NCBI GenBank assembly: GCA_973895155.1 | Contig: OZ316896.1 | Coordinates: forward strand, 5,694,166-5,758,165 | Direction of reading: 5' to 3' | From: Marsupella aquatica | Lineage: Eukaryota; Plantae; Marchantiophyta | Length of the DNA stretch: 64,000 nt | In this document: piece by piece, positions 1-11,122 of the stretch | Position numbering within the stretch: the first letter of the stretch is position 1 | How the letters are laid out: each line of letters begins with the position of its first letter | Notes under the pieces: generated by a model | The model's database searches: none | The model's input: the letters and a program-made list of their open reading frames with translations, nothing else | What the model was told of the DNA's origin: nothing | Program-made: the position numbers and the translations under genes

Positions 1-315
1 CTCGCGCACCACAAAGCTCACACCATCGGGAAAACGATATCAATTCCCCCCCAAAAGAACCGTCAAAGAAAACCGTCGAACACGAATCACAAAAAATCCA
101 GAACGACAGAAACGTGAATTCCTTCGCACCACGAACTCCATTGAGAGATTTCTTTGCACCGTCGAAAAGCCCTTGCCCCGATCTATCCGTTGAGCCCAAC
201 ACCTCCAAGTTCCATGCGATAGATCTCCGTGAAATCCACCAACTCTAACCGTTGGAAAAACCGTCACCAACACGTCACGAAAATTTTGATCACCTCAACG
301 TCACCTCCCAGGCTT

Positions 316-327
316 GCTCTGATACCA
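316..327 (-). promoter_or_regulatory. Primer-binding site (tRNA-iMet) of the left-edge LTR element; bases 1-315 are its 5' leader
   Basis: The minus strand reads TGGTATCAGAGC, the same PBS as at 20869. Confidence 0.85.
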
Positions 328-329
328 AT

Positions 330-692
330 TGTTGAACTAAGACGTCATTCGCAACGACCATACAACCATGACTCATTCCATGCACACGTAGTCGACACAA
401 TCTCTACGTGGTTCACCTTTTCTCCAAGGCTACGTCCACACGAACACTCAAGCTTTACTTTAAGAGTAGACGAACACACATCCTTTCCCTCTTCCTCAAG
501 TTGCTCTATTACAATGAGTAAGCACCACACACCAGCGGCTTACACTAGCCCTGGTATATACAAGGTCACACACGACTAATCTAACCTCAACTAAGATCCT
601 AACTGTGGTTAGCCTAAGTGCCGTAACCTATGAGTCACAAGACTAAGAGCAATCCTTAACACAGGTAATACATGTGACTACACAGGACAACA
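330..692 (-). mobile_element. 5' LTR (~363 bp) of an LTR retrotransposon on the minus strand whose body runs off the left edge of the window
   Basis: Bounded by TGTTG (330) and CAACA (692). It abuts GCTCTGATACCA, the reverse complement of the tRNA-iMet PBS, with a 2-nt spacer. It has a TATATA-like box near 556 and the motif ACGTGGTTCACC...TACGTCCAC that also occurs in the solo LTR at 63228. Confidence 0.8.
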
Positions 693-2000
693 GTAGGAGC
701 AGGACCATTTTTGTTTTAATCATTTAGGCCTGGTAATCTAAAATGAAAAGTGAGAACGATGGTCCCATCAAAACTGTCTGGAAAAGCAAGTTGAACATTG
801 ACATAAGGAGGCCCTCTAATACGTTGACAACTCCATATGGAAAGAAAGAAAAGGCCCATAAAATGCTGACAACTCCTCGTAGGTCTAAGAGCAAAAGCTT
901 GGACTTTGCTAACCCACCACTATCCTCGGTAAACGACCACGCTTCCTTGTTCATGACACTATGGAGCAAATTAGCATCGAGGAGGAAATGTGAAAAAGAG
1001 GGAAGGTTTGGACTTTTCCCTCAAATATTTAAGGCTGGTCACCTAAAACGAAAAATAAGAATGACCGTGATTCTCAAAGAGATCAGATTGTGGGTTTGAG
1101 GGTAGATGCCATATAATTATGTTGATTTTAATTCACCCCCTTGCCACCCATATTCTTGCAAAGGTGAGGCAAAGATGAAGTGCCCTGCTAGTAGCTTGAT
1201 GCACTTCCATTGCCAACTGCTGCCCAGGTTTCAAGTTGGAACTGGTGGATGTCATTGGTATCTACCAACCGTTTGTATTTTCCTTGAAATTCACTGAATG
1301 AGCTCTGACTTGGCTCATCCACCTTTCCCTTTAAGATAAGAAAAGAGGATAGGGGGCAAAGTGGGTTGAATAATATGGTTTTTCTCATCCAGATTAAGCC
1401 CATTAACTTTAGTAAAAGTAGATGAGAATCTTCCTAAAGAGATGATCCAGATCTTGACCAGGGCATCAAATGCCCTGAAAAGTACAAATGGAAAAATAGT
1501 GAAGGGCATTAAGTTCCCACCATAAAAAATACAAAAAAGAAACAATCTCAATGGGCGTTAAGATATTCAATTATCTTAACTCGTCTATTGTTACATTTTG
1601 ATATGCAATAATAGGAACTCCTTAATTTATATCAAATTGTAAAAAAACAGAAGGTGCCCAACCAGGAGACATAATCACACAGGCAAAAATACCCAATCAA
1701 GGGAGAAAGAGGAAAAGGCCCAAAATCAACTCACAGGTAACTTCAATTTGACATTGCCGCTGGGAAAATCACAACCTGCCTCTCCATTGATCATCTATGA
1801 CATTTGCTAAGTAGACAGCTGAATGCTACATGAGTACCGAAGCTTCATGGCAACTGGGGAAGTCCTTCCTGTAGCTGATCTCACTGATATGACCGACAGA
1901 TGTGCGACGAGACATCAAAGCCTTAAAGATAGCTCGGATGATGTATGATTTTAGCTTTAGGCAATGGAAGCAATGCCTGATCTCTTTGAGAATCACGGTT

Positions 2001-3121
2001 CCAATGGGGTCTTATCAAGCAAATACGTTGGGAGACCCATACTGTCATTGCAATTGAAGCTCCCTTCATTTTGGGTCTTACCAAGCATATACAGTGAGAC
2101 ACCCATACAGTCATTGTAATTGAGTCTCCCTTCATTTTGGGGTCTTATCAAGCAAATACATCGGGAGACCCATACCCTCATTGTAATTGAGTCTCCCTTC
2201 CTTTTGGGGTCTTATTATGCAACTTATTACCTCGGAGACACATACCTGTCATTGTAATTGAGTCTCCCTTCATTTTGGGGTCTTATCAAGCAAATACATC
2301 GGGAGACCCATACCCTCATTGTAATTGAGTCTCCCTTCCTTTTGGGGTCTTATTATGCAACCTTTTACCTCGGGAGACACATACCTGTCATTGTAATTGA
2401 GTCTCCCTTCCTTTTGGGGTCTTATTATGCAACTTATTACCTCGGGAGACACATACCTGCCATTGTAATTGAGTCTCCTTTCATTTTGGTGTCTTATCAA
2501 GCAAATATATTGGGAGACCCATACCCTCATTGTAATTGAATCTCCCTTCCTTTTGGGGTCTTATTATGCAACTTATTACCTCGGGAGACACATACCTGTC
2601 ATTGTAATTGAGTCTCCCTTCCGTTTGGGGTCTTATTATGCAACTTATTAACTCGGGAGACACATACCTGTCATTGTAATTGAGTCTCCCTTCATTTTGG
2701 GGTCTTATCCAGCAAATACATTGGGAGACCCATACCTTCATTGTAATTGAGTCTCCCCTCATTTTGGAGTCTTATCAAGCAAATACATTGGGAGACCAAT
2801 ACCCTCATTGTAATTGAGTCTCCGTTCCTTTTGGGGTCTTATTATGCAACTTATTAGCTCGGGAGACACATACCTGTCATTGTAATTGAGTCTCCTTTCA
2901 TTTTGGGGTCTTATCAAGCAAATATATTGGGAGACCCATACCTTCATTGTAATTGAGTCACCCTTCATTTTGGGGTCTTGTCAAGCATATACATTGGGAG
3001 ACCCATACGCTTCATTTTGGGGGTCTTATCAAGCAAATAATACATTGGGAGACCGATATGCTTCATTTTGGGGGTCTTATCAAGCAAATAATACGTTGGG
3101 AGACCCACACGGTCATTGGAA
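2001..3121. repeat. Compound minisatellite of two related units (A = 67 bp, B = 72 bp), about 16 units
   Basis: The anchor TCATTGTAATTGAGTCTCCC (or close variants) recurs at 2045, 2111, 2178, 2249, 2316, 2388, 2460, 2527, 2599, 2671, 2738, 2805, 2877 and 2944, followed by shortened units. Spacings are 67 or 72 bp, with one 66 and one 71. Confidence 0.95.
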
Positions 3122-3897
3122 TCGAAACTCACAAGTGCAAGCAGTTGATTACGGTACACTTTACTCACTCAGCTTCTTGAACAAGCTTGTATGAATCCCC
3201 AGGCCTTCAATTGCGGGATGAAACTTCTTCGGCAAGTCTATGGAGAGCTTCATCAGTACTGAACTCCATACCAACTTTTCTTTTCTTAGCTCGAATTCCT
3301 ATTAATTTGCCGCAGATCAATTGCGGATCGTGGTCAACATAAAACATCAATGCTCCTCTGGTTCTCGAGTTTTTCCTCCGATCGAGCAGAGGAAACCGAC
3401 GCTGCTCTCTGGTGGAGTCTTTGTTGAATCCCCGTCGAATCAACCGGATCGAGCATTTTCTCGAGACGAGAGATGTGTGCTGAATGCGAGTCAGCGTGCT
3501 AGATATTGGCGGGGTGGAGCGATTGAGAACGGAAGGTTGATGACTTATCTTATCTAAATTTTCCTGTCGATTCGCTGTCGATTCAACCCGATTGGGCGTT
3601 CTCTCGACAATCGATTGATGTGGGCTCAATCCGACTCTTCGAGCTAGAGATCCGCGGGGTGAATTGATGCAGGACGGACGTTTGACGACCCACCGTTGGC
3701 TTGCAATTGCCTACATATCGCAGGGAATTAGCGAAGTTCGTAGTGTTTAGGGTCAGCGGGTTTCTTTTGAAATAGTATATTGTGCGTCGAGCACGATCTC
3801 TAGGTGATTGTGCAATTCCTTGAGGCAGCTCACTGCCAGTTATCTGTCTGCGGGTTGAGGGCACTTCGATCGTGTGGTTTCTTCTCTGATCGATAGC

Positions 3898-6800
3898 ATG
3901 GCTCCAGCTGCGCCCCTTTTTCTGGCTCCCCCAGAGATCACTGATGAAGTTCTCGCAGACGTTAACGTATCTTCGAATTCGTCTGCGATAAAGAACGAGC
4001 TCCAGGAGCTGAAGGCTTCTGGTGATGAGTTCCTTGACATCTTGAGGAAAGCAGTGCCTCCTGGTGGACTCGGGGGAGCTCCTAATTATTTGCACATAGA
4101 TTCAGAGGGCAACCTGATGGGATTGACAGAGAACACGTCCGCAACTTACCTCACGTCTGGCGATGCCTGCTTGGACTTTTTCTTCCAGGTGAGATTTCAA
4201 TGTGTTTCTCGACGCAAATAGACCAATTCTGAGATTGGCAGATTTTGATGGACAGTGAATCACGTTACCGGATTGTGCTAACGAAGGATCTTCCACTGTA
4301 TTCCTAAATTTTCCCTGTGCATCGTTTGTTGTCTATGGAGCACATATCTAATCATAGGAGATGTTTTTTCGTTCTTGAAGGTTGTTCCTTCCACAATGGA
4401 GAATGAGCTCGTATCGTTGCTGGAGAGAGCGTGGAAGGAAAACGCGTTGACAGCGCTGAAGCTGGTGTTCAATTTGCGAGGTGTCAGAGGGACAGGCAAG
4501 TCGGACAAGGAAACTTTCTACTGGGCTGCCTTGTGGCTGCATACGTATCATCCGGCCACTCTTGTCGAAAATGTGGAAATGATAGCAGAGTTTGGCTACT
4601 TCAAAGACCTCCTAGAGATGCTGCTCAGGCTGGTGGAAGGACCCGACGAGACGAAAAGCAAAGCTGTAGCGAAAATGCGTCACAAAGAGGGTATGGATCT
4701 CACTCTATCGTGAAATTTGAATCTCATCGCATCTAATTTATATTCCGTAAGATGGACATGAATCTTTCGTGTCGAGAACTTGTAAGACGAGTTAATCAAG
4801 CAAGCAGTGACGTAGAGGTATTGAAAGTTGACTTGATCCTACTTCTGACATTGTTCATTGTTACTTAGTCACGGACTATCCTGGTTTCAAACGAAATGGA
4901 CCTCTATTTGGAGATTAGGTGGAGTGCATAGAATTCCAAGCTGATTCGTCGTTTTCCATTCTCCGCTTAGAGAGCATCTTCTGTCCAGCATAATCGGTCC
5001 ATATCGTTCGCCTTTAATCTGTGGATCTTAACTTCTAGATTACCGCCTTCTCACTAGCGCTCTACCTCGCCGACCCGTTCATCTTCAACGAAATTAGTCG
5101 TACTGTGGATTGTCGGTCTTCGTGTTGTAGTAATACGGTCATTTCCTCTGTTGCTGTTGTCCAAAAAGGAGAGAGCACGCAGAGGTTTCCGAAACAATCC
5201 AATCCAATTTCGCCCTCTGTTAGGGACGGGGAGACATGAGAGAAGAAGAGTGGATGTAGTAACACCAGTAAGCAATGGATTGAAAAGCTTAAAGTATGTC
5301 CCAACTTCATTATTGGCAATTTCATGTCTGCACGAATCCATCCATCAATCCATTCATTTGTCATTCATGCATCTATTCGTTCATTCATTCATTCTTTCCT
5401 AGACGCTGGTGTCACTCGTGGTATGTGGAGTACCTGTGATTGACGTTTGATTGTGGACCATGCCCAGTTATTTCTAATGGAAAAATCAACGCCAAAATTT
5501 GGGAAAATGTAAAGAAGCAGAAAGAGAGGAAGAAGAAGCGGCAGGCTCTTATAGTAGACGCTAGCTCCAACGCTGAATTGGACGATGACATCTACGAAGA
5601 TATTGACGACGATTTTGTGTACGTGGTGCGCTATGTCCAAGCCGATGATGGCGATGGCTATTATGCCAGAAAAGGAGCTGCTGCTCGAGCAGCCGCAGAG
5701 GCCGGCACTCTCAAACCGAGAGAAGAACGGGTTGCCGAATCAGTGGCCAAAGACCGAGCTGCTAGCGAAAAAGCAGCCCTCATCCGTAAGGAGAAGAAAC
5801 TCGCATTGGCGCGCAGAGTTGCGAAGATCTATTCCCAGGATCTCAAATTCCAGAACCTCTACTGCAAAATAGCCGACGTGTTTGCCGGCCGACTGAAAGG
5901 TGATCTCAACGCTCTCCAGGAAGATCGGTTGTTTGACATCGGTCTCGCTGCCCAGTGGGTTCCATCGTTAGACAGTTCGTATGACCTCCGAACCCTGCTG
6001 TGCTACGCCGTTGCCACCCGGCTCTTCCCAAAGGAAGCTTATTCCGAGTATGAGGGGATGGATGACCGCCAGTACGGTTTTGCAGTGCGTGACAAGCTTC
6101 GAAAGGAGGTCCTGGTTCCTTTGAGGAAATCGCTGGATCTTCCCGAGGTTTTTATGAGCGCGCAGAAGTGGGGGGTAGTGAATTACAGACGAGTGGCGTC
6201 AGTGGCCATGACGAGATACAAGAGTCTGTTTCTGAAGCACGACGAGGAGAGGTTCAATCAGTACCTTGCGGCCGTGGAAGCAGGTGAGCAGAAAATTGCA
6301 GCAGGCGCGCTGCTTCCTCATGAGATTTTGCTTCAAGCAGTGAACGAAGAAGAGCAATCGGCCCAGGTCGCCGAGCTGCAATGGAAGCGTATGGTAGAGG
6401 ATCTCAAAGAGCATGGAAAATTGAGCAACTGTATCGCTGTGTGTGATGTATCCGGAAGTATGTCGGGTATCCCCATGGATGTGTGCATTGCATTGGGAAT
6501 GCTGCTGTCCGATCTGAGCGAGGAACCTTGGAAGGGCCATGTAATTACATTCAGTGAAAACCCAGAAGTGCATTTAATTGCTGGCGAATCACTGAAAGAA
6601 AAGTACGAATTCACAAAAGTAATGGATTGGGGCATGAACACTAACTTTCAGCTGGTATTTGACAAAGTCCTGGCGATGGCTAAGCTCGATCAGTTGGCTC
6701 CCGAGAAAATGATCAAACGGCTGTTTGTATTCAGTGATATGGAGTTTGACCAAGCTTCCTCAACACCTTGGGAAACAGATTATGAAGCTATATCAAGCAA

Positions 6801-7029
6801 GTTTAAGTCCGCTGGGTATGGCGCTCCTCCGGACATAATATTCTGGAACTTGAGAAGTTCAGGGAGCATACCTGTCCTGAAGTCTCAGCCTGGTGTTGCT
6901 CTGGTGTCCGGTTTTTCGAAGAATATACTGAAGGTGTTTTTGGAGGGAGACGGAGCCATTGATCCTTTGATGGCTATGAATGACGCTATCGGAGGAGAAG
7001 AGTACAGCAAATTGAAGGTTGTGGACTGA
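3898..7029 (+). CDS. DUF2828-family protein with C-terminal vWA domain (plant T31B5-30/UCP015417-like), about 720 aa, 3 exons
   Basis: Exons 3898-4188, 4381-4690 and 5468-7029 join in frame through GT-AG introns (2163 nt). Family motifs seen: MGLTENTSATYLTSGDACLDFFF, LKLVFNLRGVRGTGKSDKE, FGYFKDL, AAQWVPSLDSSYD, YRRVASVAM, AAGALLPHEI, MIDAS-like CDVSGSM, WGMNTNFQ, FVFSDMEFD, IIFWNLR, ALVSGFS. The exon 3 acceptor (CAG at 5465-5467) is the least certain junction. Confidence 0.88.
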
Positions 7030-8264
7030 CATGTTTTGATAGCTCTGGTTTGACTGATTATTTCTCTTATCAAAGCACTGCAATGAGACAGCACTCTTCT
7101 CGGAAGCATCAAGGATAATCCTTGATCTCTCGTCATGGCGGGAAAGCAACTCTGTCGAACGACTCGTCGATTCAACTGGGATCGAAATGCTGACAATCCA
7201 GACTGACGGAAAAGGGAGAAAATAGAAGGAGAATTCAGGCCGTCTCTGTTTAAAGAGCTGGATCACTGAGGAAGGGCTTCGTCTCACGATACAATCAGAC
7301 CACAGCACAAGATTGTGGCAGATGGTATCAATCATACGGAAATTAAGAAGACACAGGAATTAAACAGAAGAACCCCACAATAGATTCTTGGATAGCTACC
7401 TCTTTCTTGATCCTTGGAAAAGTAATGATTGACGAGGCACTGGAGCTTTGTTTTGCGACTATCTTAGTCAATCCATTAAAACATCCGATGGGGCAGTCTT
7501 GCAGTTAGTTCAATTGTTTCACGAGGTCTCGGGTATTGCATGAGAGCTTAGAATAGGCTGTGCATTGAGCTTCAGCTCCGTCCCATCCATAGTGGTTATC
7601 TGTAGCTGACTTACGCTTATCCATGTCAACTGTGTACAATGACGAGTCTCCCTTGAAGGGTAAGCATTGTTTCCAAGTGCAGTGAAAACTTTGGGTGAGA
7701 AGCCACATCTGAATAGCACTCATATTGAGTACAACAGGAGCAATCGCACAGTGCGATTTCTTTCTTGACATGAATTGGTTTACCCATCACGATATTCCTT
7801 TCTGCTCTGATATCCTAATGTGCGCTGGTGAAAGTTCATTTCATTTCAGAATTTCTGTGTTAATGCTGAAATTGCTTTGAGCACCATCATGTGTTTTTGG
7901 TTGCACTGGAAATTGGCTCCGATTGGTACCTTCCTAGAAATTGCTTATGGTGAGAGTCTTGAGATCATCTGTCTTCCTTCATAGTCTCGCTTACAAGTTT
8001 TGGTGAAGTATGGTTAAACAACGATCTTATAGCAAAAGTTTACGATTGCACAGAATCTTGTAGGGCAAGTGAACCTACTTACTACCCAAGTATCCAAATT
8101 AACGGTAACTTGAGGATAAAAGGAACTTGTGAGGGAAGAGTCACCAAACAATGCAAAATCCCGAGATCTACCATGAATATTCAAACCTCCAAGCACTGGA
8201 CGAAGAAGATGGATCTAAAGGTAAATGGAAACATTTGTGCTGCAAAAACGAACATTACGAATCT

Positions 8265-8332
8265 TGCGGTGAACATGGCTCTGCGATCTTCAGATCTCCA
8301 GTCTGAAGCTCTCCCAACTGAGCTATCCCCGC
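8265..8332 (-). pseudogene. Degenerate tRNA-Phe duplicate with GGA anticodon and damaged T arm
   Basis: The minus strand reads GCGGGGATAGCTCAGTTGGGAGAGCTTCAGACTGGAGATCTGAAGATCGCAGAGCCATGTTCACCGCA (68 nt). Acceptor, D and anticodon stems are kept. The TTCGA loop/B box is lost through a ~5-nt deletion. Confidence 0.85.
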
Positions 8333-8490
8333 CAGTTTTCTGAGCTCTTTCATAACGTCATAATCAAATATAACAGACGATTATGACTTGCAAAACTAGT
8401 GGATTACAGAGAAGTGGCCGTAAGAAGCCAAACCCCCATTCACAGATCGAAAAAGGAAACTGCTCTGAAGCATTCACACTATGTGAGATG

Positions 8491-8515
8491 TGCGGTGAGC
8501 GTGGATCGAACACGC

Positions 8516-8558
<43 letters not shown>

Positions 8559-8563
8559 CCCGC
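8491..8563 (-). tRNA. trnF-GAA: tRNA-Phe (GAA), plant cytosolic type
   Basis: The minus strand reads GCGGGGATAGCTCAGTTGGGAGAGCGTCAGACTGAAGATCTGAAGGTCGCGTGTTCGATCCACGCTCACCGCA (73 nt) and folds into a full cloverleaf with A and B boxes. A T-run about 35 nt downstream is a likely Pol III terminator. Confidence 0.98.
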
Positions 8564-8757
8564 TTGATGGCAATGTGCGTAACCAGTTTTTATCAATACT
8601 GATTCATTTTTCAAACAGTCTGCTAATATCCCAAGCTGAAAATTAAGCAGTTTAAGCAAATCTTATGATCGCTTTGTAGACTGATTTGCTATTAGAAGCA
8701 ATTCACCCTGCTAAACATGGTCAGAGACAAATAGAGGGAGGGGATGAGGCAGCTCTT

Positions 8758-8778
8758 TTGTTGTTGTTGTTGTTGTTT
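8758..8778. repeat. (TTG)n microsatellite
   Basis: About 6-7 TTG units seen directly. Confidence 0.9.
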
Positions 8779-10039
8779 AAATGCATATGGAGACTTTATT
8801 GCAATAAACTTGCTCTACTTTGAACAAGTTGGAGGGCCAAAAATCTTTTGGGGGGAGACTTGAAAATGTTCTGCAGATTGGTGGTGTCACACCTTGTATC
8901 GCACTCTCGTTCCCAAAGGCAATTTACTAGTTGAACTCCCTAACAGCTGAATAATGAAGTGTAGCAAGGTTTCCAAAAAGAACAAGACCCATTAGTCCAA
9001 ATGAAGGGCATTTTTTTATTGTAATTCTCCACTACATGGTTTCTTTCATCTTTCAACTAGAGGTACTTCTGTTTTCTTGTTCAACTACCAAGTAGGAGTG
9101 ACATAATTATCTGGAATGAATTTTCCACAGCAACAAACAACCAGAACTTGGAGTTCACTGTCACATCTTACAATAGAGCTTCAGCATCTCAGCTAGATTG
9201 CACATTAAGTTGGTGGTGGAATCTGGGTTTTACAATTGGATTGCTCTGTTCCCCAGATTGACCTACTAGGGAGTCTCAAAGCTGGCAATTTGATGGACCT
9301 TAACTACCTAGTTAGAGGTTATGGACACAAAAAGTTACTGACTACCAAATTCATAGCCCATCACTTTTGCACAACCTTGTGATGTTATGGCAAAGGTTGT
9401 GAAAAAGGTTGTGAAAAAGTTGTGACAATTCCTTTATGGCTGAATGCCATCATCTGTATTTGTAAGGCTTTGAGATCCCCTAGTCACACAATGCCAGCAA
9501 CAACTTTACCCAGTTCACCACTCCCGCTCACTTGCACAATGCATGGGAGTGGGCCAAGATTTTGGGCACATTGAACACAGCAGTTAAGGGCACAATTCCA
9601 TAAGCTCTTATAAGTTAAACTCTTCCTCGTAGAACCAGATAATGCTAAGTGTTACTATAATGAACACATTGTTTTGTAAATTTGTGGTCTAGAATCACAA
9701 AGAGAAAGAAGGTTTCGACTCATCCACGTGAGATAGTGGTGGTTTAAGAATTGAGGGCACAAAAGGTAGAGTCAAAGACTCTGTTGCCCGTCCACCTTCC
9801 CATTGGAAACTTGAAAAGTTGCCGTCAAGTAAAACAACTACCCAGATCTAACTTCTTTGGGAAACGGATTTCTGGAAATGGAAAGATACTCCCCTAAGCC
9901 TTTTTTGGCCATTCAAATTCTTGTTCTGCAAAAGTAATCTTACTAACAATCAATGCAATAGAAATTTACTTCATGGTCTAGACCTAGAGTGAAGCCTTAG
10001 GCTAGAACTCTGCCCAAGTCATTTATCTTATAAGAAGGT

Positions 10040-10061
10040 GGGGGGGGGGGGGGGGGGGGGG
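10040..10061. repeat. G22 homopolymer
   Basis: 22 consecutive G. Confidence 0.95.
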
Positions 10062-11122
10062 CAGTGAATGGGGACAAATCACAAATGAATGCACAATAAA
10101 GAATCTCATTCTTACAAGATTTTTTGTGCTCACCTATAGTTACATTCAAGTGAATGGGTAGTCAGGGCAGTTTCTGAAAGAAATACAGTGTCTGTTATGA
10201 GGTTACTACCCTTCTTTCTAAAAGGCCGACCGACAAGGAAGTCAAGTTCACACACTGGACATCAAACTTGTAATCCACTACCAAGATAAACGAGTAAGCT
10301 TGCTTTTACTTGTAGGTCTGTACCTTTTGTTTAGTCAGCCGTTAGATTTAGGACTCTCTGTTCATTTTTCCCTGTCGCTGGTTCTCTGAGCTCTACTTGA
10401 TCTGGCTCCTTGGCCGACTCCATTCCTTGGTGGCTTTTCTATTAAGTAAATGTTACCAACAATAGTGTTTGAAATTTATTGGCTTTGCAAGCAAGTTATG
10501 ATATACAGGTGCAGGAGCACAAGGCTTGAAGACATTCAACCGGGTCGGGGGATGTGGATGGACACTTATATGAATCATATATATGAATTTTCTGGGCTTT
10601 TCTCATTTTATGTTTGAAAAGTTTTGCAGAATACCGTCAGCTTAGATGAATACCCCTAACCCTACAGACACCATGAGGCCTATAAAATCAATCAATACGG
10701 GTGCATTCGATTCTTCATAATCTGAGTCTTAGTTAGACAGTTTCGCGTATAAAATGAGATTGCACCTTGAGCAGCTACTCGCTAATCGCCGATCAAGCTG
10801 TAAACTGATAACGTATGTTATCGAGATTTCTTATTCGGAATGACAAGTGCAAAACTCACGTTTCACCCTGTTTACATCAGTTCATGAAAACGTGAAAATA
10901 GGTAGATTTCAAATTCTACAGGCATCCCTCGTCGGGCTCACTACTCTGCTTGCCCCAGAACTCATTGGGAAACTAATAGGCCTTTGTTGGATTAAGAAAT
11001 CTACTTGTTTGGGAACCCGTACGTTCTGTACTATCACGAATGTACAAAATTGAAGATTGTGGATTAATCTACAAACCTGTAAGACAGCAGGTCTCATGTA
11101 TACAGAAATCAACTTCTTCCAG

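Noticed and set aside
700-1560. Possible LINE remnant
   Set aside because: No RT or endonuclease motif could be recognised in any frame.
2001-3121. CRISPR-like array (constant repeat plus variable core)
   Set aside because: Only two recurring core types exist rather than unique spacers, there are no cas genes, and the context is eukaryotic.
1923-3194. Many overlapping 60-100 aa ORFs
   Set aside because: They are artefacts of the minisatellite. The 67-bp units shift frame and no domain is recognisable.
3207-4095. Minus-strand ORFs of 140 and 170 aa
   Set aside because: They are antisense to the DUF2828 5' region and exon 1, with no recognisable motifs.
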